Below are positions 1 through 10,576 of a stretch of 64,000 nucleotides of DNA, in pieces. This stretch comes from an uncultured Gammaproteobacteria bacterium (GTDB lineage: Bacteria > Pseudomonadota > Gammaproteobacteria > GCA-001735895): assembly GCA_964488685.1 (NCBI GenBank), contig CAZAVY010000001.1:52462-116461 (forward strand), written 5' to 3'. The stretch's first letter is position 1; every line of letters starts with the position of its first letter. Made by a program: the position numbers and the translations under genes. The notes under the pieces were generated by a model that made no database searches, had not been told where the DNA came from, and saw only the letters and a list, made by a program, of their open reading frames with translations.

Positions 1-3000
1 GCATCGCTCCATACGATTGCGTTTTTGCCATAAATCGTCATCGGTTGGGTCAAGCTGATATCGTCTTTCTGGCCATCACGCAAAAAACTCAATTTAACCT
101 CGACCTGCACTCCGGTATCTTCGTCAACCTCAAGAATTTTGTTGTTGAAGGTTGCCTTGATCGGGATTTCCAGGGTCTCGCCGCCCTTGATCATTGCAAT
201 GTCTACCGACGACGGAAAGTCCATGAATTCCTTGATCTGAAACGAGAGTTTCAGGTTACCGTATTCGATGGCGCTGACATTCTCCAGTTTAACGCTGCCA
301 ATCGGAGAGTTTTGATATCTTTTATAGGCTGCGGAGAAAACGGTTTGCAGGTTCAAATCTGAAAGCAGTAATTGCGGTGCATTGTTAACAAATTCAAGCG
401 ACTTTTTACGTTCGGCGAAGGCGACGTTCAAAATTGCCCGATTCTGATCTGAAGGGTCGAGTTCCACTGCCTTTTCAAAAGCAACGATCGCATCGTCAAA
501 CAAACGGCGCTTGGTATAGAGGTTACCGAGCGCGACCTGAGGCTGTGCCCAGTTTGGGCGTATTCCAGAGGCTCGTTCCAGGTGTTCGCGTGAAGCGTCG
601 AATAAATTTGCATCCTGGTATACTCTGCCGATCCGGTATTGTAATTCCGGAGACGCCGAATCAATACTGATTGCGGTTTTTAGAAATTCGATTGCCGAAC
701 CGGTTTTGCCCTGTTGGTTATCGATATCCGCCTGTAATACCAGCACTTCGATATCATCGGGTGAAATTCGCGCCGCGACTTCCGCGTTGATGGCAGCGCT
801 GCGATAGTTGCGGGTTGCGAACAGACTGCGTGCATAGAGTTTACGTGCCTGCAAAGCCTGCGGATTCAAGGTGACCGCAGTCTCGAGATAGGCGTTAGCT
901 TCCAGGTATTGCTGTTGTTCGAGTTCAATTTCACCCGCCAGAACGTATAATTCGTAAACTTCAGAATTGTTCTTGATTCCCCGTGCCAGGGCTTTTACCG
1001 CTTTCGGTTGCTGGTTAATTTCGCTATATGAGTGAGCCAGCGAAACCCAGATGTCGGCAACTGCCGGGTTGACCTTGCCCGCCCGGGTCAAACGAAGCAC
1101 AGCCTCTTTGTGTTGGCCTTGCTTGGCTGCAATTTTACCCAGCAAATAGTATCCATCACCCTTGGTTTCCTTATCTCCGGACAATTTGACAGCGATTGAC
1201 TTGGCCTCCGCGTCACGATCCAGATTGAGCAGGGTCCGTGCCTTGCCCACCGCGGCGATTCCCGATTCCGGCTGCGCCGCTAGCACTGCTTCGAAATGCT
1301 CCAGGGCGTCTTCATAGCTACCCATTTGGTAGACGTCCTGCGCAATTTTGAGTCGAATCTGATGATTGTCAGGATTGCTTTCGACAATTTCCTGGTATGC
1401 CAGCAATCCATCTTCGGCAAGCCCGGCTTCGATGTAGGCGCTCCCCAGGAGATAGCGTAACTCGATATTGTCTTTATGTTTGTCCAAGCCGTCTTCCGCG
1501 CAGCTTACCGCACCGATTGCATCGGCAAGTTCCAGACTCAAACGGGTGCAAATCAAATACGGCTCCACGTCGGCCGGATCCTGTTCCAGTACCTCGTCGA
1601 TAAGCGCACGAGCATCGAGAAACAGCCCGAGTTCGAAAAAGGCCTGTACCTGGTAGCGCATAGCCTTGTTACGATAGCGCTCAAGCTGAGCCAGTTGCCG
1701 GTACTCACTGATTGCGCGCGTATAGTCCTTTTGCCGGTACAAACTCATGCCGAGTAAATCTCGCGCGTCGGCATTATCAGGCGCAATCTTGAGCAGCCGA
1801 TCAGCCAGCCTGGCGGCTTCGCCATACTGGCCTGCCTGGAAAAGCACGTTGACACTTTGAAAAAGATTTTCCCTGGGTGCCGACGGGTCTGCCCGAAAAC
1901 CGTGCCCACTTACCGACACCACCCTGAACCAGGTAAAGCCCCCCGTGGCCTCAACCGACAGGGTCAGGTCTAATTCAAAACTGGTCGAAATTGTTTCATA
2001 GGGACCGTTTTCATGTTTGGCCGCCTGGATTTCGTATTTTTCGATCAACGGCGATTTACTACTGCTCCAGGCCAGATTTACGGCTTCCTGGTCAGCCGCA
2101 ATTTTTAAACCGAAGGCGGCATCCGGGAATTCGAGCAGGTCAAAACGAAAACTTTTCTGCTGCCCGCTATCGTAAACATAGACGCTGTTTTTGGCCGAGG
2201 ACAAAACCGACAGCGAAGTTGCTTTATCGAAGTAAACCTGGGTTCCATTGTTACCCTCCGCGCCAAAAGCCTTGTAGGGCTTCGAGTCTTTATAAATCTT
2301 GACCCAGTAGTCGTTATAATCGGAACTGGCCAGTACATAGAGCCGATCCTGCTTGTCGATGTCGAGGCTGTGAAAGCGAGTCACTTTATGTTGCGACTCA
2401 TAATCAATACCGATAGCGCCTATGTTCTTGCGATCTTTACTGATGATCTGAATCAAGCCTTTGTCACTCCCATCGGCGACATAGAGGTTCTGTTGGCTGT
2501 CGAGCGCGATCGGTCCCACTTCATAAAACAGTTGCTCGCCATCCTGCTTTTCGCGGATTTCCTCGAGGAACTGCCCATCGTCGGAAAAAATCTGGATTCG
2601 GTTATTACCCTTGTCCGAAACATAGTATTTCCCCTCGTGAATAAAGACGTCACCGGGGTTTTTGAATCCACCTGCCGAGCTGCCGTAACGGCCGATAGTG
2701 AATACATTTTCTCCGGCGTGGGTTAAGGCGTGGAGATTGTTTTTGTCGAGAACCGCAACCGTTTTAGCGCCGACATAAATTGCGCTGGGTTTTTCCGCGA
2801 ATTCTGCAAATTTACCCTGTTCGCCGCCATCGGCATTCAGAATGACAACACCCTGATTTTTAGGCTTGATACACAGGGTTTGATCATCGATAAAGGCATA
2901 CAGAGATTCACAGGTGGCCCCGATCTCCGCTGCAAATTCGAGTAAATCTGTTGCTACCGGAATTGCAAAACTGGTTTGGTCCAGTTGAAATACCTCGACC

Positions 3001-3905
3001 TTTTTGTTCTTGTTATCCAGAATCGCAATTTGCCCGCGGGCATTGACCGAAAGCTGGGTAATATCTCGATACTGTGCCCGGGATTGTCCCAGAATTCCGA
3101 ACTGTGCCAACACTTTTCGATTGCGCCAGTCAAATATCGTGATCCGATTGCTGGCATCATCGCCAAGATACATATTGCCGTTCAAATCCGTGGTCATCGC
3201 GCTTAGTTCAGGTCTGCCACCAAAATATTCCTTCAACTGACTTGAGGTAAAACGCTCGATCAATTCACCATGCAAATTATAAATTGAGAGGCGTGTGGAT
3301 CCTTCCAGCACGTAAATATTTTCCTCTGAATCGATACTGACATGGGTAGGACTCAGTAAACTTTTACCATCTGAATCTCCTTTGCCGAAACTGAACAGAT
3401 ACAATCCCTGATGGTTAAACACGGTAATCTGCTTGTTTTTGACATCGCCGACATAAATATTATTATTGATTGAAACCGCTACCGGGCCCGGTTTTTTCAA
3501 TTCCCCGGCCGAACTACCGGACTGAGAAAACAGATGGCTAAGCTTGAGATCCGGCCCCAGCACGCCTACCTTACCCGAACCCTGATTGACGACAACGAGG
3601 CTGCCGTCCGCTAGAATATCGACCCCGCCCAGATCCGGATTTTTGAAAACCGATGGCGACAGGCTGGTCGCTTCGATTTTTCCGTCTGTTATTGTCAGCA
3701 AGGTTCCTTTTTCTTCACTGGTAACATATACCACACCGTCATCGGTGATTTTTATCCCGTTAGCATCTTTCATTACCCGGGCCTGATCCTTGGCTTCGAT
3801 AAAATGCAAAATTTCGAGGGCTGAGGCCGGGCCGACAAAAGCGTTTAGCAACACAGTGGATACGAATGCGAAAATCCTTGCGAAATACCTGGGTTGTAGC
3901 TTCAT
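1..3905 (-). CDS. Large signal-peptide-bearing (predicted exported) NHL-repeat / FN3-like / TPR-repeat protein. The 5' end is complete and the 3' end lies beyond the window edge (more than 1300 codons).
   Basis: The ORF is absent from the supplied track, consistent with having no stop codon inside the window. No listed minus-strand ORF uses this frame between 1 and 3905. ATG is the complement of 3903-3905, with GAGGAG 7 nt upstream. Hand translation gives MKLQPRYFARIFAFVSTVLLNAFVGPASA, a signal-like N-terminus. It then shows many NHL-type blades, e.g. PGPVAVSINNNIYVGDVKNKQITVF and PGDVFIHEGKYYVSDKGNNRIQIF. An FN3-like segment follows (LKIAADQEAVNLAWSSS...FRVVSVSGHG), then about 500 aa of TPR-like repeats (roughly nt 400-1900), then a beta-rich terminal segment that remains open at nt 1. 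Confidence 0.75.
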   Translation of the reverse strand, partial: MKLQPRYFARIFAFVSTVLLNAFVGPASALEILHFIEAKDQARVMKDANGIKITDDGVVYVTSEEKGTLLTITDGKIEATSLSPSVFKNPDLGGVDILADGSLVVVNQGSGKVGVLGPDLKLSHLFSQSGSSAGELKKPGPVAVSINNNIYVGDVKNKQITVFNHQGLYLFSFGKGDSDGKSLLSPTHVSIDSEENIYVLEGSTRLSIYNLHGELIERFTSSQLKEYFGGRPELSAMTTDLNGNMYLGDDASNRITIFDWRNRKVLAQFGILGQSRAQYRDITQLSVNARGQIAILDNKNKKVEVFQLDQTSFAIPVATDLLEFAAEIGATCESLYAFIDDQTLCIKPKNQGVVILNADGGEQGKFAEFAEKPSAIYVGAKTVAVLDKNNLHALTHAGENVFTIGRYGSSAGGFKNPGDVFIHEGKYYVSDKGNNRIQIFSDDGQFLEEIREKQDGEQLFYEVGPIALDSQQNLYVADGSDKGLIQIISKDRKNIGAIGIDYESQHKVTRFHSLDIDKQDRLYVLASSDYNDYWVKIYKDSKPYKAFGAEGNNGTQVYFDKATSLSVLSSAKNSVYVYDSGQQKSFRFDLLEFPDAAFGLKIAADQEAVNLAWSSSKSPLIEKYEIQAAKHENGPYETISTSFELDLTLSVEATGGFTWFRVVSVSGHGFRADPSAPRENLFQSVNVLFQAGQYGEAARLADRLLKIAPDNADARDLLGMSLYRQKDYTRAISEYRQLAQLERYRNKAMRYQVQAFFELGLFLDARALIDEVLEQDPADVEPYLICTRLSLELADAIGAVSCAEDGLDKHKDNIELRYLLGSAYIEAGLAEDGLLAYQEIVESNPDNHQIRLKIAQDVYQMGSYEDALEHFEAVLAAQPESGIAAVGKARTLLNLDRDAEAKSIAVKLSGDKETKGDGYYLLGKIAAKQGQHKEAVLRLTRAGKVNPAVADIWVSLAHSYSEINQQPKAVKALARGIKNNSEVYELYVLAGEIELEQQQYLEANAYLETAVTLNPQALQARKLYARSLFATRNYRSAAINAEVAARISPDDIEVLVLQADIDNQQGKTGSAIEFLKTAISIDSASPELQYRIGRVYQDANLFDASREHLERASGIRPNWAQPQVALGNLYTKRRLFDDAIVAFEKAVELDPSDQNRAILNVAFAERKKSLEFVNNAPQLLLSDLNLQTVFSAAYKRYQNSPIGSVKLENVSAIEYGNLKLSFQIKEFMDFPSSVDIAMIKGGETLEIPIKATFNNKILEVDEDTGVQVEVKLSFLRDGQKDDISLTQPMTIYGKNAIVWSD

Positions 3906-3971
3906 GATAGTGCTCCTCGATTTATTGCAAGGCAAGGCGTAGTCTCAGCGACTATTGACCCGGAGACCTTG

Positions 3972-4742
3972 CTAACTGGCAATCCCTCTTTTACTGTTTT
4001 TGACGAAACTGACGAATTCCTCGACTTCGGGATATTTATCACACAAAGGTTTCAGATGTTCGAATGCGTCCTGCTCCGATCCTCTGGACTTTAATAGCTT
4101 ACGAAACGACTTATGTAAAGCTTGTATCATATCCGGGGCGAATCCGTTGCGTTTGAGGCCCTCTTTATTGATACCGATCACCCTGGCTCGATTTCCGGCA
4201 GCGATGGAAAATGGTGGAATATCCCGGGTAACGACCGAGCCGAGACCACAAAAAGCCCTGGCACCAATTTGAGTAAACTGATGTACCGAGGTAAAACCGC
4301 CCAGAGTTGCGTAGTCACCAACCTCAACATGTCCCGATAATGAGGCGGCATTTGCAAATACACACTGATCACCCACAACACAGTCATGCGCGACATGACT
4401 ATAGGCCATAAAAAGGTTATCGTTACCGATCACAGTTTTCCCATTGCCATAATCGGTTCCCCGATTCAAGGTTACGTACTCCCGGATGACGTTCCGATCC
4501 CCGATCTCCAGGCTGGTCGGTTCACCCTGGTATTTTTTATCCTGTGGCGCTTCGCCAATCGAAGCAAACTGATAGATTCGATTGTCGCGACCAATTTTAC
4601 AAGGGCCCATAATTACAATGTGAGGACCTATCACGGTTCCCGACCCAACCTCCACACCGGCCCCTATTACGGTGTACGGACCGATCTCGACATCATCCGC
4701 TATGTGTGCACCGACATCGACTATAACCGTCTTATGTATCAT
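3972..4742 (-). CDS. lpxA: Acyl-ACP--UDP-N-acetylglucosamine O-acyltransferase
   Basis: Hexapeptide-repeat protein collinear with E. coli LpxA ([22 protein letters not shown]...). I chose the start MIHKT at 4742 because it forms an ATGA overlap with the fabZ stop. The ORF-track start at 4766 adds 8 unsupported residues. Confidence 0.9.
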   Translation of the reverse strand: MIHKTVIVDVGAHIADDVEIGPYTVIGAGVEVGSGTVIGPHIVIMGPCKIGRDNRIYQFASIGEAPQDKKYQGEPTSLEIGDRNVIREYVTLNRGTDYGNGKTVIGNDNLFMAYSHVAHDCVVGDQCVFANAASLSGHVEVGDYATLGGFTSVHQFTQIGARAFCGLGSVVTRDIPPFSIAAGNRARVIGINKEGLKRNGFAPDMIQALHKSFRKLLKSRGSEQDAFEHLKPLCDKYPEVEEFVSFVKNSKRGIAS

Positions 4743-5182
4743 TGACGACGATCCTGGGACGAACACATCATTTCAGCTTCGGCAACCACTTCGTCGTCTA
4801 CCAGGGCTTCGCACTTATACATGCCGATACCGCGCATACTGCGTTTTAGAGCAATTTTGAGAATTAACTGGTCGCCTGGAACAACCTGTCCTCTGAATCG
4901 GACTTTATCGATACCGACCAGCATATAGAGCTGGGACTTGTGCGCTTCACCCATTGCAGTAAATGCCAGTAGCCCGGTGGCCTGCGCCATCGCCTCCAGG
5001 ATCAATACACCGGGCATGACCGGATGGCTGGAGAAATGGCCCTGGAAAAAAGGTTCGTTAATGGTGACGTTTTTAAGCGCCGTAAGGCTTTCCCCCGGCA
5101 TGTGCGCTACTACGCGATCAACGAGCAGAAAAGGGTAGCGATGAGGCAACAGTTCCATCACCTTGTTAATGTCAAATTCCAA
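4739..5182 (-). CDS. fabZ: 3-hydroxyacyl-ACP dehydratase
   Basis: 147 aa with a hot-dog fold signature ([19 protein letters not shown]...PVMPGVL). It sits between lpxD and lpxA as in the canonical cluster. Confidence 0.92.
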   Translation of the reverse strand: MEFDINKVMELLPHRYPFLLVDRVVAHMPGESLTALKNVTINEPFFQGHFSSHPVMPGVLILEAMAQATGLLAFTAMGEAHKSQLYMLVGIDKVRFRGQVVPGDQLILKIALKRSMRGIGMYKCEALVDDEVVAEAEMMCSSQDRRQ

Positions 5183-5217
5183 ATCAAAACCCCGGTCAGA
5201 TTAATTAAAGTGTTAAA

Positions 5218-6288
5218 TCAACGCTTAATGCCCGAATTATCGAGCCTGGCTATCGTCTGCGTGAGCTTGGCCAGCGATCTATCTTGCTTCGCTACCTTCT
5301 GCGCAAGTTTGTCCAGCGATTTATAGCGCGCGTTATTGCGATGCCAGAGTCTGTTTTCCAGTATCGGCGTACCGGATGAATAAACACCGGCCTGTCGAAT
5401 GTCTTTTGTTACCAGAGTCATGGCGGTTATGGTTACCTTGTCCGCCACCTTCAAATGACCCAGCACTACCGCCGCTCCGGAAATTTTACAGTAGCATCCA
5501 ATATTCGCGCTGCCGGCAATTCCAACACAGGCGGCAATCGCTGTGTGGGCGCCAATGCGCACATTGTGAGCAACCTGTATCTGATTATCGAGCTTACAAC
5601 CACGCTCGATCAGGGTGTTGTCAAGAGCCCCTCTGTCGACAGTCGTATTGGCACCAATTTCGACATCATCTTCGATTACGACACTGCCCAACTGAGGAAT
5701 TTTGTGCCATTGCTGCTGATGCAGTGCAAGCCCGAAACCATCGGCTCCGATGACCACGCCAGAGTGTAAAATGCAGCGATCTCCAACACTCACTGCATGC
5801 TCCAATACAACCCGACTGTGTAAATAACACTGTCGGCCGACAGTCGATGACCTGCCAATCACTGTACCTGCATCAATAGTGGTGTCGTCGCCGATCTCCA
5901 CATCGTCATCAATGACCACCAGCGCACCAATTCTTACGCCGTTGCCAATGCGGGCGCTATGCGCTATTTGCGCCGAAGAATGAATGATACTTTCAGCCTG
6001 CGGACTCGACTCCAGCCCAAGCGCCCTGATTGCGCCTGCAAAACTGTATTGCGGATTATCCGATAACAACAGTGCCTTATCACCTACCTCTGCGGCAATC
6101 TCCGCCGGCAGGATAACCGCGCTACATTGACTGGATGAGATCTCGACCAGGTACTTTCGGTCTTGAACAAAACTCAGATCGCCGGCAAGCGCCGACTTTA
6201 ACGATGCAACACCGTTGATATCCGTCTCGGAATCACCCCGGTACTGCAGTTGCAAGATCTCGGCCAGTTGCTTTAGTTTTAGGCTCAT
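5218..6288 (-). CDS. lpxD: UDP-3-O-(3-hydroxyacyl)glucosamine N-acyltransferase
   Basis: 356 aa with an N-terminal LpxD domain followed by long left-handed beta-helix hexapeptide repeats. Position is the conserved skp-lpxD-fabZ-lpxA order. Confidence 0.9.
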   Translation of the reverse strand: MSLKLKQLAEILQLQYRGDSETDINGVASLKSALAGDLSFVQDRKYLVEISSSQCSAVILPAEIAAEVGDKALLLSDNPQYSFAGAIRALGLESSPQAESIIHSSAQIAHSARIGNGVRIGALVVIDDDVEIGDDTTIDAGTVIGRSSTVGRQCYLHSRVVLEHAVSVGDRCILHSGVVIGADGFGLALHQQQWHKIPQLGSVVIEDDVEIGANTTVDRGALDNTLIERGCKLDNQIQVAHNVRIGAHTAIAACVGIAGSANIGCYCKISGAAVVLGHLKVADKVTITAMTLVTKDIRQAGVYSSGTPILENRLWHRNNARYKSLDKLAQKVAKQDRSLAKLTQTIARLDNSGIKR

Positions 6289-6340
6289 GATCTGTTACTG
6301 TCTTGTAAGTTAATGTATCGCTGGCAAGTGAGGGCGCTGG

Positions 6341-6874
6341 TTACTGTGCTTCTTCGCCCGAGTCCGACTGTCGTTTCAGCATTTCGATTGTCTCCGCGGT
6401 AATATCGATACGATCAGAGACATAACTGACCCCTTCGGTCAGAATCAGGTCAAACTCACCGTCATCGCCCTGCTTTTTCACAACGTTGGAAATCACATGC
6501 TGTAATTCTCGAATCTCTTCATTGCGACGCAAATTCTGATCTTCGCGAAATTCCTGCTCGAGAAATTTTAACTGACTAACCTTTAGTCGGATTTCCCGTT
6601 CCAGTTTTCGGCGCAGGTTCAAATCCGACTTGCTATCCGAATTTAGCTGCTCCTCCAGCATGAGGATTTCCTGTCGCTTTGCTCTAAGCTGTGCTTCACG
6701 AGGTTCAAACTCGGCCTTGAGGCGCTCTTCTACCTTGCGTGCCTGCGGCGCTTCTTTCAACACTCGCGCGGTATTGACAAAGCCAATCTTGTAATCCGAC
6801 TGCTGCGCCGATGCATTTTGAAATACCAACGCCAATAGCAGTATTAGAAATGAGCACTTAAATCTGTTCAACAT
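6341..6874 (-). CDS. skp: Periplasmic chaperone Skp (OmpH family)
   Basis: 177 aa with a signal peptide (LLALVFQNASA), then a coiled-coil rich in K/E/R/Q. It lies directly downstream of bamA. Confidence 0.85.
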   Translation of the reverse strand: MLNRFKCSFLILLLALVFQNASAQQSDYKIGFVNTARVLKEAPQARKVEERLKAEFEPREAQLRAKRQEILMLEEQLNSDSKSDLNLRRKLEREIRLKVSQLKFLEQEFREDQNLRRNEEIRELQHVISNVVKKQGDDGEFDLILTEGVSYVSDRIDITAETIEMLKRQSDSGEEAQ

Positions 6875-6879
6875 AATCT

Positions 6880-9189
6880 CTAAAAGCTCGCGCCTAGCGC
6901 GAATTGAAATTCCTGGGTTTCATCGCCGGATTCATCGTTAAGTGGAAACGCATAGCTAAACTCGATGGGACCGATAAATGAAAACCACTTGGCGGACAGC
7001 CCGACCGATTGCCGCAATTCATCTGTCTCGTAAGAGTCGACATCAGCGAACACACTTCCGAAGTCAAAGTATACCCCAACCCTGAATGTTTCTGAACTGC
7101 CCAGAGATTCGATCGGAAATATAACCTCTGCAGTTCCGATTACTTGAAGATTGCCACCGAAATTGTCGCCATTACTATCTACCGGGCCCAGGCTGTTAAA
7201 CTCGTAGCCCCTGACGGAACGTACTCCGCCCGCGGTAAACTTCTCGAAAATCGGTAAATCAACCGAATCGCCGTAACTATCGCCGTAACCGACCCTGCCT
7301 TTAAAATTTAAGGTGAAGGTTTTATTCAGGGCAAAAGCGGTTTGATGCCGATACCTGACTTTATAAAAATCGAGATCACCCGCTTGAAACTCGAACCTGA
7401 TGCTATTGAGAGATCCGGAATCCGCAAAAATTCTGCGATTACGGGTGTCCTTGGCGAGACCGATCGCAGCAAATACAGTGTCATACCTGCTACCATCAAT
7501 TTCGGATTGCGGGGTCGTTTCATCAAACTCATCGCTGTTGTTGATGATGAAATCGAAAACCTCATCTGACGATGAACCGGTTGTTTCAAGATCATTACGC
7601 AATACACCAAGCTCCAGTCTGAGCGTATTGAACTCCGATAAGGGAATACCGTAGTCGACCGACACGCTAATGCGATCAATTAAAAAGTTACTGGTGTTGT
7701 TTTCCGACGAATCGGTTTCAGTGAAAACGAAGTTAAAACCACGGCTGACACCGTCCGGCGTGTAGTAGGGATTCTTATACTTAAACGCAAAACGTTGTGA
7801 AGCCGCGGAATTATCGAAAGTAAACTCGACGGCGTTACCGGTACCAAAAATATTGTCATGTGCAAAGCCAAGGTTCAGAAGCGCTCCCTGTACCTGGGAA
7901 AAACCAAGGCCAACCTGAAGATTTCCAGAAAACCTTTCGCTCACTTCGATATTGATATCCACCTGGTCATCGGTATCGGCTACCTTTTGTAAATTGAATT
8001 TTACTGAACCAAGATAATTCAATCGTTGCAGCCGCACCTTCGAACGGTCAACCTTTGAACGCCGATACATTTCTCCTTCAAACTGTCGCATCTCCCGGCG
8101 CAGGACTAAATCCTTGGTTTTTTCATTCCCGCTAAAGTTAATATATCGAACCCGAACTTTTTTGCCTGGAACGACAAGAAACTGTAATGCCACGGTGTTA
8201 TTTTCTACATCGAGGTCGGTTTTTATCCTGATGTCGGCAAACGCATATCCATCCTCCCCGAGGCGTTTTTGCATTGCGCTGATGACGCTGTTTATTTTTT
8301 TACGGGAAAAAACTTCTCCCTCGCGAAAATTGATCAGGGCCCGCATCTCCACCGCATCGACTACCATTTCACCCGCCATCTTGATTTGATTGACGGTAAA
8401 TTGACTACCCTCGCGAATATTAACGGTGATACTGATGTCTTTTCGATCCGGGCTTATGGTTACTTGCTGCGAACTCACCTCGAACTGAATATAACCCCGA
8501 TCGAGATAGAACGACTTTAACGCTTCCAGGTCGGCCGTAAGTTTAGAGCTGGAGTATCCGTCATCGGCAAACCAGCCGGCACTGCTTGGTTCAAGCTCGA
8601 ACAAATCAAGTAAATCCTCGTCGTCGAAACCTTGATTACCGGTGATATTGATGGATTTTATGGTCGCCGATATACCTTCAGAAATAGTAATGTCGATTGC
8701 AATTCGGTTTTCATCCAATCTACGCCAATCGGCATCGATACGGGCTGCATACTTCCCCTGCGAGTAATAGACCTGCTGCAACTCCAGCTCAAGTTTTTTC
8801 AGTTTGTTTTCATCGAATATCCGGCCTTTAGACATATTGACCTGATCCAGTGCCTGCTCCAGGGATTCATCTTCGATATCTTTGTTACCTTCAAAGTTTA
8901 CTTCAGCAATCGAGGGCCGCTCCACCACTTTGATGATTAGCACATTTCCTCTCCGCAGCAATTCGATGTCGTCAAAAAAGCCGGTGGAGTAAAGCTCGCG
9001 AATAAGCTCAGGTGTACGTTCGGTATCGAGCGATTCGCCGACGTTAATGGGGAGGTAACTGAATACGGTACCGATGGTTATCTTCTTGATACCGACAACT
9101 TCGATATTTTCTACGATAAAGCTATCGGCATTCACCCCACAGGGCATCGACAACAGTACCAGGGCACTGATCCAGGCAGAAATTCGCAA
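6880..9189 (-). CDS. bamA: Outer membrane protein assembly factor BamA
   Basis: 769 aa with a signal peptide and repeated POTRA-like modules (IEVVGIKKITIGTV..., INITGNQGF..., INFSGNEKT...). The C-terminal beta-barrel ends in FALGASF. Confidence 0.93.
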   Translation of the reverse strand: MRISAWISALVLLSMPCGVNADSFIVENIEVVGIKKITIGTVFSYLPINVGESLDTERTPELIRELYSTGFFDDIELLRRGNVLIIKVVERPSIAEVNFEGNKDIEDESLEQALDQVNMSKGRIFDENKLKKLELELQQVYYSQGKYAARIDADWRRLDENRIAIDITISEGISATIKSINITGNQGFDDEDLLDLFELEPSSAGWFADDGYSSSKLTADLEALKSFYLDRGYIQFEVSSQQVTISPDRKDISITVNIREGSQFTVNQIKMAGEMVVDAVEMRALINFREGEVFSRKKINSVISAMQKRLGEDGYAFADIRIKTDLDVENNTVALQFLVVPGKKVRVRYINFSGNEKTKDLVLRREMRQFEGEMYRRSKVDRSKVRLQRLNYLGSVKFNLQKVADTDDQVDINIEVSERFSGNLQVGLGFSQVQGALLNLGFAHDNIFGTGNAVEFTFDNSAASQRFAFKYKNPYYTPDGVSRGFNFVFTETDSSENNTSNFLIDRISVSVDYGIPLSEFNTLRLELGVLRNDLETTGSSSDEVFDFIINNSDEFDETTPQSEIDGSRYDTVFAAIGLAKDTRNRRIFADSGSLNSIRFEFQAGDLDFYKVRYRHQTAFALNKTFTLNFKGRVGYGDSYGDSVDLPIFEKFTAGGVRSVRGYEFNSLGPVDSNGDNFGGNLQVIGTAEVIFPIESLGSSETFRVGVYFDFGSVFADVDSYETDELRQSVGLSAKWFSFIGPIEFSYAFPLNDESGDETQEFQFALGASF

Positions 9190-9191
9190 AC

Positions 9192-10571
9192 TTATTCTAC
9201 CAGGCGCAATAAATCATTATAAATGGCGATCGACATCAGGCAAAACAGCAACAGGATGCCAATTTTCTGCCCAATAATTTCGGTTGCTTCCGATACCGGG
9301 CTGCCCTTGAATATTTCAACCAAATAGTAAAACAGATGTCCGCCATCCAGCATCGGTACCGGGAGCAGGTTTAAAACACCAAGACTAATACTGATAATAG
9401 CGAGGAATCCAAGAAATTGCTCCAAGCCGATGCGGGCGGAAATCCCTGCGTAGTGGGCAATCGTAATCGGACCACTTAAATTTTTGACGCTGGCCTCACC
9501 CGTGACCAGCTTACCCAATACCCGCAGTGTGATCCAGGTCATGCGCCAGGTTTTATCCAGGGCTTGCACCATTCCATCGAGTGGTCCGTAACGTTCTACT
9601 ACCATCATTTCACGCCGGATAGATTCGGGAATTTCGATTCGATTTCGGACCCCGATGTAGCCGAAAGTTTCGCCTGCCTCGGTGCGACTGCGCGGAATCA
9701 ATGTCAGGTCAACCGCATCTCCATCACGCAAAACTCTTAATTCCATCACCGTCTCAGGGTTACCGCGAATACGACTCACCCATTGCCGTGCACTGACAAT
9801 ATCAATTCCACCCAGTGATAATATATTGTCTCCAGCCAGTAAACCCGCCTGCTGAGCTGCACCGCCAGGTAAAACTTCGGCGATGATTGGCGGTAACTCA
9901 GGCCTCCATGCGGATAAGCCAAGGTCTCGCATCAAATCAATTTGATCTTTTTTTAACAATGCCAGTTCCCGTATATCGATAGCCCTGTCGTGAATTTGAA
10001 AATCCGGACCTTGCACCTGCAAAATGATTTGATCGGCACTAACCGATTCTTCCAGCATGGCGAATCGGGCCCGTTCCCAGCTCACGGTTTCCACCCCGTT
10101 CACCGCAAGTATAAGGTCGCCTCGCTTAACCCCGGCTGTATAGGCCGGGCCGGGATTGGCGATTTCCCCGATTACAGGTTTGACACCGTTTATCCCGGCA
10201 ATAAAAATCAGGTAATAGGCCAGTATCGCAAACAGAAAGTTGAATGCCGGTCCCGCCGCCACGATAGCAATACGACGCCATACCGATTTTCTGTTAAAAG
10301 CGCGATCCAGTTCATGGGTATCAACCTCGCCTTCACGTTCGTCGAGCATTTTGACGTATCCGCCGAAGGGAATTGCGGCAATCACGTATTCGGTCTGATC
10401 CGGGCCCGATTGCCTGGTCCACAAAGGTTTGCCAAAACCAACCGAAAATCGCAACACCTTGACTCCGAGCTTACGGGCAACCCAGAAATGACCGAATTCA
10501 TGCACCGTGACCAGAACACCGATAGCGACAATGAAGGCGAGAATACTGTAAACAATACCCAGAAAGTCCAT
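9192..10571 (-). CDS. rseP: Regulated intramembrane zinc metalloprotease RseP
   Basis: 459 aa with the HEFGHF zinc motif in TM1, central PDZ-like segments and a C-terminal LDGGH motif. Position is the conserved dxr-rseP-bamA order. Confidence 0.92.
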   Translation of the reverse strand: MDFLGIVYSILAFIVAIGVLVTVHEFGHFWVARKLGVKVLRFSVGFGKPLWTRQSGPDQTEYVIAAIPFGGYVKMLDEREGEVDTHELDRAFNRKSVWRRIAIVAAGPAFNFLFAILAYYLIFIAGINGVKPVIGEIANPGPAYTAGVKRGDLILAVNGVETVSWERARFAMLEESVSADQIILQVQGPDFQIHDRAIDIRELALLKKDQIDLMRDLGLSAWRPELPPIIAEVLPGGAAQQAGLLAGDNILSLGGIDIVSARQWVSRIRGNPETVMELRVLRDGDAVDLTLIPRSRTEAGETFGYIGVRNRIEIPESIRREMMVVERYGPLDGMVQALDKTWRMTWITLRVLGKLVTGEASVKNLSGPITIAHYAGISARIGLEQFLGFLAIISISLGVLNLLPVPMLDGGHLFYYLVEIFKGSPVSEATEIIGQKIGILLLFCLMSIAIYNDLLRLVE

Positions 10572-10576
10572 CGTAT

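Noticed and set aside
3972-4766. ORF-track N-terminal extensions of lpxA (to 4766), the cystathionine lyase (from 22637), lepA (to 44200), the exonuclease (to 32009), recO (to 39593), rpoE (to 48763) and the TTG start of truB at 63981.
   Set aside because: The extensions overlap upstream genes or promoters. They also add residues absent from the conserved N-termini. Internal starts give canonical N-termini and typical ATGA or short-gap junctions.
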